The notes: a model not told the origin generated them from the sequence alone. A DNA stretch of 64,000 nt from Heterodontus francisci (GCF_036365525.1 NC_090417.1:186001-250000), one strand, 5' to 3'. Positions 12,701 to 23,315 are shown, numbered from the stretch's first letter. A program made the numbers and translations.

Positions 12701-13870
12701 TACCAAAGACAACTATGAAGGCCCCAACTGCAGCGAGTGGTGGCTGCACTCCCCCCAACTACCCCGACCTTGGACCCAGTAACCCGCCCCATTTGCCTCC
12801 CTAGCCCCAAAAATGGGGTTAGCAATGAGGGACACCCAGAATTGTGTGTATGATTATGTACAGTACGGGTTAGTGCCGGTTGTATGAGATATATCAAACA
12901 ACATTGGCTACTTCTGGAATGACTCGAGTGGCGTATAAAGGCGAAGGACGACATCGCTTAACAACAACTGCTGTAAGTAGGAAGCAGAATCTACAGGAAC
13001 GACGAAGGATGTTGGACTTAGCCGCAAAATGAGATTCAGCAAAAAAAACTGAAGGAACACAGAAGGAGATCGGCCAAATAAGAACCACCAATTGGTGGGA
13101 TGACCTTATGAACTGGGGGTCTGATGTACAAATACCACCTCTTACGTATGTGTAATTGTGTTAATACTGACTGTACTATAGAATGTGTGTCTGGTATTCA
13201 AGTTAAAGTCCATAATTAAGGGGCAACAAAGGAAAGTTACTGAGGAACGTACTAGAGGAATAAAGGAGTTTGATAGCAAAAGGGTAGTGATCCACATAAA
13301 TTGGAAATTTATAGGATCAAAGGGGGACAGTAGGCCTTGAAAAATTGGTCAAGTATTGTTCTATACCCAGCATGCTCTAAGGCAGCTAAGATAGGCGCAG
13401 AACTTGAAGTAAGCTTCCAGACGTGGCGAGACTTGTGGTTAAGGGTACAGATAAAGGGGAGCAGATACAGGGGAAAAAAGGCTGGACATCTGCTTCGGCA
13501 GCTAAACCACTAACGCTTGCTAATCAAAGATGAGCTAATGTTTGGAGGTTGATCTTAAAGAGCATGCAAGACACAATCATGTGAGGCATGGGTTGAGCCG
13601 TGAGCCTTTAAAGAATAAGTAAGGGTTAACGCTCGAGTACATCCTCGGTGGGAGCCTAGGAATAATGTTCGAAGGCAGGACCGAGTCTGGCGGCTCAGCG
13701 ATCAACCGTGATGGAAGACTGATCACCTCTGAGTTGACGGGTAGTATCTTGTACAAGAAGTGAGACTTGTACTTATTTGGTGTCTAAACTTCTCGTCATA
13801 TGTTTGTATTCCGGTGTCTGGGAGTTTGACATAATTGGAAAAGGGGTCAATCTTCCCATCCCGTCTTAAA
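9711..13870 (+). mobile_element. Degenerate endogenous retrovirus (LTR fragment - gag end - pro - partial RT - IN - env-like - PPT - LTR), antisense in a CKAP2L intron
   Basis: Direct repeats 9711-9830 and 13329-13445; PPT AAAGGGGGAC before the 3' LTR; protease LWDTGGSRT; RT PQKQ...NNSP..PVRKPDG; integrase DYIGP.PP...KYILVITDTLTKWVEAF; hydrophobic env-like ORF; the right end is approximate. Confidence 0.85.
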
Positions 13871-13965
13871 CACATCATCGGAAAGACGGTACCTCTGACA
13901 GTGCAGCACTCCCTCAATACTGCACTGGAGTGTCAGCCTTGATTTTTGTGTTCAAGTCCCTGGAG
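13871..13965 (-). mobile_element. DeuSINE-like fragment
   Basis: GACAGTGCAGCACTCCCTCAATACTGCACTGGAGTGTCAGCC, related to 44915-44965. Confidence 0.55.
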
Positions 13966-14397
13966 ATAGGAAGAGATGAGGCCAGGAAGGATTGGAAAAC
14001 AAGGATGAGGATCCTTGACTGGCAGCAAGCCAGTGAACACAGGGATGATAGGTGAGCAGGACTTGGTCTAAGTAAGAACACGGGCAGCAGAGTTTTCGAA
14101 GACCTCGATTTTACAGAGGGCAGAATGTGAGAGCCCACTGTAATGGTCAAGTCAAGAGCTAACAAAAGGCGTGGATGAGGGTTTCGGTGCCGATGAGCTG
14201 AGGCGGTGGGGGGGGGGGGGAAAAGGGAGTCCGGTGATGTTATGACTGAAAATCTCCATTACAATAGTCTGTTCAAGTTGGACTTAATATTAAATACAGA
14301 AACACGAAGATGCTAAAACCTTTATTAAAAGTCGACCATTTCTCCAGTCAGTTTGAACTGCAATAGTTTGATATATTCTTGAGGCATTCGTACTTAC

Positions 14398-14464
14398 CAA
14401 GCCAGCTTTGAATGAAGCAACTGGAGGCTGTATTTTCTGATTAGTTTTGTCCCCTAAATAATAC
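14398..14464 (-). CDS. CKAP2L: CKAP2L coding exon 3
   Basis: ttttcag|G...TTG|gtaagt, 67 nt, phase 2/0; (R)YYLGDKTNQKIQPPVASFKAGL. Confidence 0.82.
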
Positions 14465-14984
14465 CTGAAAATATTTTAAAGGACACAAGGCTTAGAAATT
14501 AGTAAAAAAAAAAGGTGAGTTCTCTATAATGCATCAGTCCAAATATATGAAATGCGGCATTTGCAGATAACAACCACGAGGTGGCGCAGTACTGGCACAA
14601 GTGCGAATGCATCCTCATTGAGACATTTACTGTGACCGCACAGGCAGCTGCCAGTAAGAAAGATGGCGCTGCTCAATTTGTCACACAAAAAAAAATGAAT
14701 TCAACCTAAACCCGTTCAATGGCGGCGATGGCTGCCTCTGTCCCATCCCCCAACAGCACCCCGCTCCCCTCCTTCCTCCCCTTGGCCACTCGGGGAGGAG
14801 GCGGGCGGAGCAACGAGGCTGGGAGCCAGCGGCCCAAGCGGGATTGCAACCATCGAGGGGTGAGGCAATGCTCGGACGTCGCGATGTCTGGCGTCATTGC
14901 GTGGTGACGTCAGTGCCACAGCTTCAGACTGGCCAACTTTACACTGAAATTTGAACAAATCCATCATCAATTATGGAAACAAAC

Positions 14985-15057
14985 CTGGCATTAGGACCTG
15001 GAATTTTCAATTTCCCTTTCCTGGAAAGGTAGGCTTCAAGCTGTTGCCTTCGACGTT
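14985..15057 (-). CDS. CKAP2L: CKAP2L coding exon 2
   Basis: cccag|AA...AG|gtttgt, 73 nt, phase 1/2; ERRRQQLEAYLSRKGKLKIPGPNA(R) matches the CKAP2L N-terminal 'EERQRKLQEYLAAKGKLK'. Confidence 0.88.
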
Positions 15058-15687
15058 CTGGGTCACAAAGAAAGATGACAAGTCAAAAATCATCATGCAT
15101 CATTTAAATTAAACTCAAAAATGCAGTGAACTCACACCCTGTGGGTTAGATGCATCTAGCAGAGGAACACTCTATTAAAGTCGCAAACTAGTTCACAGAA
15201 AACAAAACACCAGATTGTCAAGAAGGAGGATTCCAATCTTTCTGGCTGGACCTTATTTGAATTTACTCCAGCATTTAATCCCCCCTCTTATACAATAATC
15301 AGAGTATTGCTTTGAAAGTTTATCAGAAAGTGCGTGGCACTTAATTCTATCCTGTAATGCAGCACCATTTTCTGCAGCGTCTTGTCACTTTGATGCGGTG
15401 CGTCAATAGAAAGCTTGGGATACAGACAAAGCCGCCATTTCGCACATGACGAGCACATTCTCAGTCGCGACCATTCACAGTATCAAAGGGGTTACTGACA
15501 ACGCAGCCTGCAGCTTGCGCCAAACGGCGTACACGGGCAGATTGGTTCCCGCCCTCGGCGCTTCGCAGTGCCAGGACTGGTTGGCGCATGCGCAGGTGAC
15601 GTCATCATGCCAGGCGGGAGAGAGCAGGGGTGGGGGGAGAGGGGGTTTGGGGAGCGGGTGCGGGGAGAGGGCGGCCGAAGACTTTGC

Positions 15688-16090
15688 TGGTAAACCTCTG
15701 TCATGTCTCCCCTCCACCTCCGTCGTTCCAGTGAAAACAATCCGAGTTTATCCAACCTCTCCTCATAGCTAATGCCCTCCAGACCAGGCAACATCCTGGT
15801 AAACCTCTTCGGTACCCTCTCCAAAGCCTCCACGTCCTTCTGGTAGTGTGGCGACCAGAATTGCACGCAATATTCGAAGTGTGGCCTAACTAAAGTTCTG
15901 TACAGCTGCAGCATGACTTGCCAATTTTTATACCCTATGCCCCGACCGATGAAGGCAAGCATGCCGTATGCCTTCTTGACTACCTTATCCACCTGTATTG
16001 CCACTTTCAGTGATCTGTGGACCTGTACGCCCAGATCTCTCTGCCTGTCAATACCCCTAAGGGTTCTGCCATTTACTGTATACTTCCTAC
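15688..16090 (-). mobile_element. CR1 ORF2 3' fragment
   Basis: LYRTLVRPHFEYCVQFWSPHYQKDVEALERV. Confidence 0.9.
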
Positions 16091-17490
16091 CACCTCACCA
16101 CCAGCTTCTCGAGGGCAATTAGGGATGGGCAATACATGCTGGCCTGGCCAGCGACGCCCACATCTCACGAACGAATAAAACACAAACTTTTGAGTGTCAA
16201 ATATCTTGGAACTCAGCCTAACCTGAAAACATTAACCAATCTTCCCTCACTCCAGGAGGAGATGGAACTACCTTGTCCATCCAGCACTGTGTTTTTATTT
16301 TCATATTGTTGGGCTTTTCGGTTTTAATTTGCCTCCAGCTCCACCAGAACACATCGCACAACCTGACAGCAACTGGACTGACGCAGTTAATCAAAAGAAC
16401 TGAACCGTGACACTTCTGCACATATTGCAACCTAACTGCAGAGCAACAAGACCAAGTATATACAGAAATGTCATTTTTTTTTTATTCTTCATTCATGGGA
16501 TGTGGGCGTCGCTGGCCAGGCCAGATATATGTGAGCACATTCATGCACTTCAGTAATATCAATGTAATCACTCGGCTTATTGCTGCACATCAGCGGAAAG
16601 AAAACACTTAACCCAATACATCATTCGTGTGATTTTTGTGTTTCCTCACAACCCATCCACTGACAGCACTGTACTCACTAATACGTCAAGCTATGCACAA
16701 CTACGTACAACTCAAAATGGCCACTCCGGATACATCTGCAGTTTGGACAGTCACAATTGAGCGCTCCGCATTTCATACTGACATTACTGACGCACAAAGC
16801 TACATGTCACTAAGATCGGAGCGCTGACACTGGTAACGTTACACATTTTGCGATTCGAGCGCCAGGTCTTCCCGCCGTAGTATACCGAGTATACGTAATG
16901 CCAGCACCTCCATTTTAAATGCAACGCACGAGAACTGCGAGGCACTTCACGTTCTTGCATCGAAGAAGTCTGGTGTACTTTCTGAAATGTGAATTTTGAA
17001 CTATCTCGTCATGTATTTTTGCAAATTGAGATCTTACTTTTTGGCCACTTCAACAGGCAGCTAAACAGTAAGACAAAGTGAGTCAAATGCTATAATAAAG
17101 AGAGATGCTGTTTGGATTTCAGATTTCCAGCATTTGCAATCTTTTGTATTTATTTTAAGAGCTGTCATGCTATCCACTTTTGCATAACATATATAAAATC
17201 TCCCTATAGATATATTATATCACATATACATATTAGATACATATAGATAAGACAGGCTTTCTGCAGAATGGTCATTTTGTCCCATAACCTGCCCAGGATA
17301 AGGAGGGGGGGCCTGTTGTTCAGAATGGGGCCATGTTGTGGGTTGCTTACCAACCCAACCAGGCCCAAGCCTCAGGTAGGCCTCGAACCCCGGCCGCAGG
17401 CTGAGCCCGGGGCCCCACCGGGTCGGCGGGTGTCCGGGGAATGGGATGGGGGGGGGGGGAACCGCCAATGCTCCCGGGAGGCCGCTTTAC

Positions 17491-17536
17491 CTGACTCGGC
17501 AATTCGAGCGCGGCTGCTCGGCCGACTGGCCTCCAT
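17491..17536 (-). CDS. CKAP2L: CKAP2L coding exon 1 (ATG at 17536)
   Basis: gggATGG start in a CpG island, MEASRPSSRARIAES(E), donor CAG|gtaaag at phase 1 matching exon 2. Confidence 0.8.
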
Positions 17537-17594
17537 CCCGCCCACCCGGCCGCCACCGACCGACCGACAGGACCGGACCGACCGCTCCCACAAC

Positions 17595-17670
17595 CGCCAC
17601 CTTCAAACCCAACCGCCGCCGCGTCTCACTGGCTGCCGCCCGCAGCACGTAATTCAAAATCCACCAATCG
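17595..17670 (-). promoter_or_regulatory. CKAP2L proximal promoter with two CHR elements, a CDE-like GGCGG and a CCAAT box
   Basis: TTTGAA on minus strand at 17602-17607 (preceded by GGCGG) and at 17653-17658; CCAAT at 17664-17668; CpG-rich, TATA-less. Confidence 0.55.
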
Positions 17671-17671
17671 C

Positions 17672-18705
17672 AGCCGCGCCCATCCCCTCCGAACGCTCGC
17701 TCGTCATCCTGGCCCCGCCCCCTCCCCCGCATCGTCACCCTGGACCCGCCCCCTCCCCCCGCATCGTCACCCTGGCCCCGCCCCGCCCCCTCCCCGGCTC
17801 TCCTCACCCTGGCCCCGCCCCCTCCCCCGGCCCTCTTCTCCCTGGCCCCACCCCCTCTCCTGGCCCCGCCCGCTCCCTCCGAACGCTCCCTCGATACCTT
17901 GGCCCCGCCCCCTCCCCGTACTCGTCACCCTGGCCCCGCCCCCTCCCCGGTCCTCCTCACCCTGGCACCGCCCCCTCCCCCGGCCCTCTTCACCCTGGCC
18001 CCGCCCCCTCTCCTGGCCCCGCCCGCTCCCTCCGAACGCTCCCTCGAAACCTTGGCCCCGCCCCCTCCCCGTACTCGTCACCCTGGCCCCGCCCCCTCCC
18101 CGGTCCTCCTCACCCTGTCACCGCCCCCTCCCCGGCCCTCTTCTCCCTGGCCCCGCCCCCTCTCCTGGCCCCGCCCGCTCCCTCCGAACGCTCCCTCGAT
18201 ACCTTGGCCCCGCCCCCTCCCCGGCCTTCCTCACCCTGGCTCCGCCCCCTCCCCCCTCCTCCTCATCCTGGCCCCGCCCCCTCCCCCGGCTCGTCACCCT
18301 GGCTCCGCCCCCTCCCCGGCCCTCTTCACCCTGGCCCCGCCCCCTCTCCTGGCCCCGCCCGCTCCGTCCGAACGCTCCCTCGATACCTTGGCCCCGCCCC
18401 CTCCCCGTACTCGTCACCCTGGCCCCGCCCCCTCCCCGGTCCTCCTCACCCTGTCACCGCCCCCTCCCCGGCCCTCTTCTCCCTGGCCCCGCCCCCTCTC
18501 CTGGCCCCGCCCGCTCCCTCCGAACGCTCCCTCGATACCTTGGCCCCGCCCCCTCCCCCGGCCTTCCTCACCCTGGCTCCGCCCCCTCCCCCCCGTCCTC
18601 CTCATCCTGGCCCCGCCCCCTCCCCCGGCTCGTCACCCTGGCTCCGCCCCCTCCCTGGCCCTCTTCTCCCAGGCCCCGCCTCCTCTCCCTGGCCCCGCCC
18701 CCTTG
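17672..18705. repeat. C-rich/G-rich minisatellite, core CCCTGGCCCCGCCCCCTCCCC, with ~150-185-bp higher-order units
   Basis: Directly visible tandem repeats; the marker GCTCCCTCCGAACGCTCCCTCGA recurs near 17872, 18025, 18177, 18361 and 18513. Confidence 0.95.
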
Positions 18706-19143
18706 GCTGCTGCCCCAGTGCCCGAAGGCCTAGATGTGGGAGCTGGCACCACGCCAGGGCCACTCGTGCTGATCCAGCCCCCTTTCACTGTTGCCCGACC
18801 AAACACTTCTTTTTACCGACTGCCGGCTCCATAAAACTGAGGATCTCACTAAACCATCCATCGCCGTCGTGCGCCTTGCCAGTTAAACTATCTCACACAG
18901 CGATAAGATCAGAACCAGACGAATTTGAGGCCTTACAAACGCAACCAGCCCAACTAATAAGGCCTGGAGGCACTGCAGCATTGGGAGGCGGCGGTGTTTC
19001 TCAGATACGGCATTAAACCTTCCCTTTAAGTTGGATGTTAACAATTCCGGGGCACTTGTTGAAGAAGGGCAGCGTCTTGGCCTACGTTTCCCCATCAACC
19101 AACACTATCAAAGACCTGAGTATCGCTGAAGACCGAGACCTTT

Positions 19144-19186
19144 CGTCGAAGCTTTTCGCCTTGCACTCGTCAGGACAGTTCGCAAG
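19144..19186 (-). ncRNA. Minimal type I hammerhead ribozyme motif (intact core)
   Basis: Minus strand: cttgc-gaac-TGTC-CTGACGA-gtgcaaggc-GAAA-agct-TC-GACG; core CUGANGA/GAAA/UH, palindromic stem III AAGCUU. Confidence 0.7.
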
Positions 19187-20852
19187 ATTTAAAAAAAAAA
19201 TTGTCTCACTCTAACTGGCCACATTAACCATTTCATGTCATGGCGCTTGTCAAGCAGCCGAGCATGTCTGAGACCCGTTCTTCAGCGCAGGCTCCTCCTG
19301 CATTTCCGTGTGTTAATTACTCCACGTGTGACAAATCACATGAATTTAATGGGCCCCCCCCCCCCCGCCCCACAAAGACAGGCTAGGAGGCGTGAAGAGG
19401 GGCCCATGGAATTGAAAAGGAAGGAGGGGGGCACGGAGGGCCCATCAACTTCCCGTCGCACTGCATTTAAGTCAGGGACGGGATAAATCGATGAGGCCTT
19501 CCTGTCCAGAGTCCTATTGAGGTCCATAAGAGGCCTATTATCAGACACTAAAGGGCCTCTTCCTGCTGTCACTGGCATTAAGCCAGTTGGGAGGTTGCCC
19601 AGTAAAATGAGGTGACCTCCCTGCAGGCTTGGGGGGGGGTGGCCTTTCTCCATGGGCAATCTGTAAAGGTCCCCTCCCTGTGGAATACAACCCACCTCCC
19701 CGAACCCACCTCCCCCTGCACTCAATGCCCACCCTTCCCCTGCCACCATCGCTGGGGCCTGCCGGTCTGGCCCCAGCGACCCCACCTCACTACCTTGGCA
19801 GTACCAGCCGGAGACAGACTGAAGAAGGAGCAGCACAAAGGATGGTGGCTTGTGGAGAGTGTATATAGGAACTGTGAAAAATAAAAGGTTGTTCGTTAAC
19901 TTTAGTGGAGTCCAAGATTTTCTCTAACCCAACAACGCTACTAATACAAACCAGGCCCAGGAGCGGCGCTGGACCTAGGCCACAAGTAGGCCGAGGGGTC
20001 TCCCGGGGGTCACGGGAAAGGGGCGTGTGGGGGGGGGGGGGGGGGGGACTCGGCAGTAAGGGCGAGGGGGTGGCTCTCAGTGGACCCCTCCTTCCTGAGC
20101 CGGGTGCCTCATTCAGGAATTGTGCCCTTTAGTGAGGGGCCTTCACCTCCTACCAGTGGCCTGAGCTGTCACGGAACCAGCATGGTTTCCCATGTAAGGA
20201 CCTCAATTGGCAGTGGGGTGGGAAGACCATTTAAAGGTGATAGGAAGGACCTAATGGCGCACAGAGGGTAGGGGGGTGTGTTTATGGGGGAGGGAGTGAC
20301 AAATGACTGTATCATACAGGGGTTCAACCATTATTTGTGGGAACCAGTTATGCTGCACTATGCTATTGTGCTGCCTGACAGTAGACACCAGGTGGCACTG
20401 CATACCAGCTGGTAATCATTGCATCACAGAACGATACAGCACAGCCAGGGGCCGTTCAGCCCACCGAGTCAGCCACTCAGCTCAAGGGAAATTAGGGATG
20501 GGCAATAAATGCTGGGCTGGGCTGGCAACAGAAAGGGAGACGCCGGTCTGAGATCCCACTGCAGCACTCAGATGTTGGGCGGCTTCTGCCTGTGTTGCAG
20601 TGGAAGCTGAGACATCAGGCCACCAGACGTTGCATTATGGTCGTGTCCGCAAGAATTCTCACAGCGTTGGCCACCCCATCCGCACTGGAACGGGCTGGCC
20701 AGGCAGGAGTCACTGCCATAAAGGCATGGAGCAAAAGGCAAAGGGAGTGTTAATTGTTGCGAATCGGTCCGGAGACAGCGTTAACGGCGGAATAATGAAG
20801 AGCCCCGTCCAAAAGCAAAAACGTGAAAACAAAAAATCGAAATGGCGGCCAG

Positions 20853-21108
20853 GGCCTGAAATCGTCGAACTCAATGTTGAGTCCGCAAGGCTGTAGAGTG
20901 GCGAATCGGGAAAATGAGGCGCTGTTCCTCGAGCTAGCGTTGATGCTCACTGCACCACTGCAGCAGGCCGAGGACAGAGGCGCGGGCATGAGAACAGGGG
21001 GGGCGAATTAAAAGGGCAAGCAACCGGAAGTGCGGGGGCGTGCTTGCGGACTGAGCGGTGGTGCTCCTGCAAAGCGGTCACCCGATCTACGTTTGGTCTC
21101 CCCAGTGT
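20853..21108 (-). mobile_element. Penelope-like element remnant (GIY-YIG endonuclease C-terminus)
   Basis: Frameshifted GETKRRSGDRFA...TLQPCGLNIEFDDFR matches the PLE 'GETKRRL..RF.EH ... TL.P.GLN' ending. Confidence 0.75.
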
Positions 21109-21109
21109 G

Positions 21110-21355
21110 CATATGCAGGCAAAAGGAACACATCTAAGCTTTGTGCGTTTTTTGAATTAAATAAAAGCGTGGGGGACAACAGTTCCCTGGTGCATTCTCC
21201 ATGGCAATGCCTCCACCAATCAGAGTCGACTTGCCAACCTTTTATCATGCAGCATGAATTGCTGCTCCCGTTGAAATGTGGCATTCTTGCGGATGTCCTG
21301 TTGAGTGCAAGATGAAAAGCTTCGACGGCACGCCTCTTTTTTTTCAGCGGCACTC
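21110..21355 (+). mobile_element. Hammerhead-bearing dispersed repeat copy (core mutated to CTGTTGA)
   Basis: Shares GGTGCATTCTCCATGGCAA...CCAATCAGAGTC...TTCTTGCGGATGTCCTG..GAGTGCAAGATGAAAAGCTTCGAC with other copies. Confidence 0.75.
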
Positions 21356-21546
21356 CGAAACTTCAACAGCTATCCGGGAGAGGGTGAGAGAAGCGGGAAA
21401 GCACAAGATGGCGGAGACTGGGAATGCGAAAGGTTTTTTGAAACGGCAGGAAAATTGCCATTTTTCTTCCTCTGGCGCAAAACAAAACCTTCAAGGAAAT
21501 GTATGAAACTGAAAGAAGAAACTAACGTGTTTGAAAAAGAACTTAA

Positions 21547-21625
21547 TTTATTCAATCAACTCCAGTACAGTCATAAATTAATCAAAAAATTAAATAATAA
21601 TAAATATTGAAAAATCTAAATCATC
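21547..21625 (-). promoter_or_regulatory. IL1B 3' UTR: AU-rich elements and polyadenylation signal
   Basis: Minus-strand ATTTA at about 21574, 21591, 21601 and 21617; AATAAA at 21547-21552. Confidence 0.75.
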
Positions 21626-21875
21626 ATTTGTCTTCAAGTTTCAAAACATGACACCTTAATTGAAATGCAAATAATACAATAAGTTAAACAGCAGCAAATA
21701 TTGCTGCCTGCACTTGTTTGACATTTTCATTCAAATTATTTCAGTTAGGTGATCGCTGTTACAATTTCACCTATCCCGAATGGATTTCAAATTCTGTACT
21801 TTGTACATACACACACTCCGTCTAAACCAACTATTTATGATTTGGGTTCTGAACTGCACAGAGATCGAGGGGGTC

Positions 21876-22088
21876 TCATTCTGCTGTGAATATTGTAATA
21901 CGGTTGTGATTCTCCTTGATGTCCATTTCGACAGGCTGCCTGTTCTTTTGCGAGGTGCTAACGTACCAATCACGGTACAGAGCCGATTCCAGCTCAAAGT
22001 ACAAACCTGAGCTGGAAACTTTCTTGAAAAACACGAAGCGAAGCAGGTCAGTGGCACTGCTGATATTTTGCAGATTCTCGTCCCATTT
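21876..22088 (-). CDS. IL1B: Interleukin-1 beta, last coding exon (IL-1 family signature, TGA stop)
   Basis: gcacag|AAA acceptor; LRFVFFKK...ELESALYRDWYVSTSQKNRQPVEM...ITIFT resembles the IL-1 signature region F-x-S-A-x2-P-x-W-Y-I-S-T-S. Confidence 0.95.
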   Translation of the reverse strand, partial: KWDENLQNISSATDLLRFVFFKKVSSSGLYFELESALYRDWYVSTSQKNRQPVEMDIKENHNRITIFTAE

Positions 22089-22359
22089 CTGTGCAAATCG
22101 AAAGCAAAACCAATCAGAGCACATATAAAATGCAATTGTATTGCTGACGAGCGAGCCGCAGTTGGTTTTATTTCAGGATATGTTGGCAGTATATTCATCA
22201 GTTCACGCCCCGCTCTCCCCCCAATCTGTTAACGTCCCTTTTCCTTCTTGGGGACCTCAGCTCCTGTGGACGAGAGGGCTGCTACTCTAAAATTAGCTTA
22301 TAAGCTGACTATATGGAAAAAGCAGTTGACTTCAGGGCTCCTCTGAGCTTGCCTTGGCC

Positions 22360-22640
22360 ACAGCATCTTGCTCTCATTAAGACATCCGCAAGAATGCCAA
22401 ATTTCAAAGGGAGCCACAATTCGTACTGCTTGATAAAAGGGTGCTGATTGGTTGGCACATCGGATTTGATTGGTCGAGGTATTGCTATGGAGAATGCCGC
22501 AGGGAATTTATGCCCCCCCCCCCCACCACCCCATGCTTTTGTTTAATTTTTTAAAAACTGCGCAGCGCCTGGACCTATTCCTTTTGCCCGCAGAGGATAG
22601 GTCACTGCGTATGAATATATGTAGCTACCAGCAAGCCTTC
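22360..22640 (-). mobile_element. Same repeat family in the last IL1B intron, hammerhead truncated
   Basis: GACATCCGCAAGAATGCC...GGTGCTGATTGGTTGGCA...GGAGAATGC. Confidence 0.65.
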
Positions 22641-22856
22641 AGGAAGAAGGGAGATGCGCTGCCAGGAATGGGAAAGGTTTGCCGAGGCTGCGAGAGCCAG
22701 AATTAACAGGTGGGGGTCACAACCAGAGGGAAGGGAGCGTTACAGAACATGGACTGAATCCTCCCATATATGTCACTCGCATGGTTGGCAGAAAGAGGCA
22801 GGTCCTACGGATGGTCATGCTGCGCAGCTGTCAGGTAACTTGAGGGGATCTCTTAC

Positions 22857-22990
22857 CTCTACCCGTATTCTGGGTCTGTCCTGTGGTCCCGTGCAAGAGA
22901 GGAACAGATTCTTGCGGCCGATTCCCAGCACCACTGGTAAATAATTATCTTCGTCCACGGTGGTCTTGTAGTATCTCACATCCAGCTGAG
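22857..22990 (-). CDS. IL1B: IL1B coding exon 5
   Basis: ttacag|CT...GAG|gtaaga, 134 nt, phase 1/0; PVVLGIGRKNLFLSC matches IL-1beta 'PVALGLKEKNLYLSC'. Confidence 0.95.
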
Positions 22991-23150
22991 CTGTAAAGCA
23001 GAGATACAACATTTTAGTACTGGCGTCAGCGCACATTGAGACCAAGATTAATTAAGGTACGACTCCGCAGTTATAATGATCAGAGTGTTACTGAGCCACG
23101 CGGACCAAGGTAGCTGTTCCGGAGACGGGCAAGAGCCCAGCGTTACCCAC

Positions 23151-23315
23151 CTGCTTCCTTTGGCTGCTGCACGAACATGGCCAGAAGTTGGAGGTTCTCC
23201 GAGAGTATCAGGGATCGGTCGTGGTCGTCCTTCATCTGCTGGCGCTCACTCCGCAGGAACCTGTATGAGCTGGACGTGTGCTCGGTGTCGTCGGCACTGA
23301 TGCAGGTGATGGCTT
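23151..23315 (-). CDS. IL1B: IL1B coding exon 4 (pro/mature junction)
   Basis: aacag|AA...G|gtgggt, 165 nt, phase 1/1; QMKDDHDRSLILSENLQLLAMFVQ resembles '[24 protein letters not shown]'. Confidence 0.92.

Noticed and set aside
14700-15690. CpG patches with TGACGTCA and GCGCATGCGC as an alternative promoter
   Set aside because: They look like decayed repeat fragments; no linked exon evidence
17268-19016. 582-aa proline-rich ORF and overlapping ORFs
   Set aside because: Stop-free by-product of the C-rich minisatellite, antisense to CKAP2L exon 1; no recognisable domain
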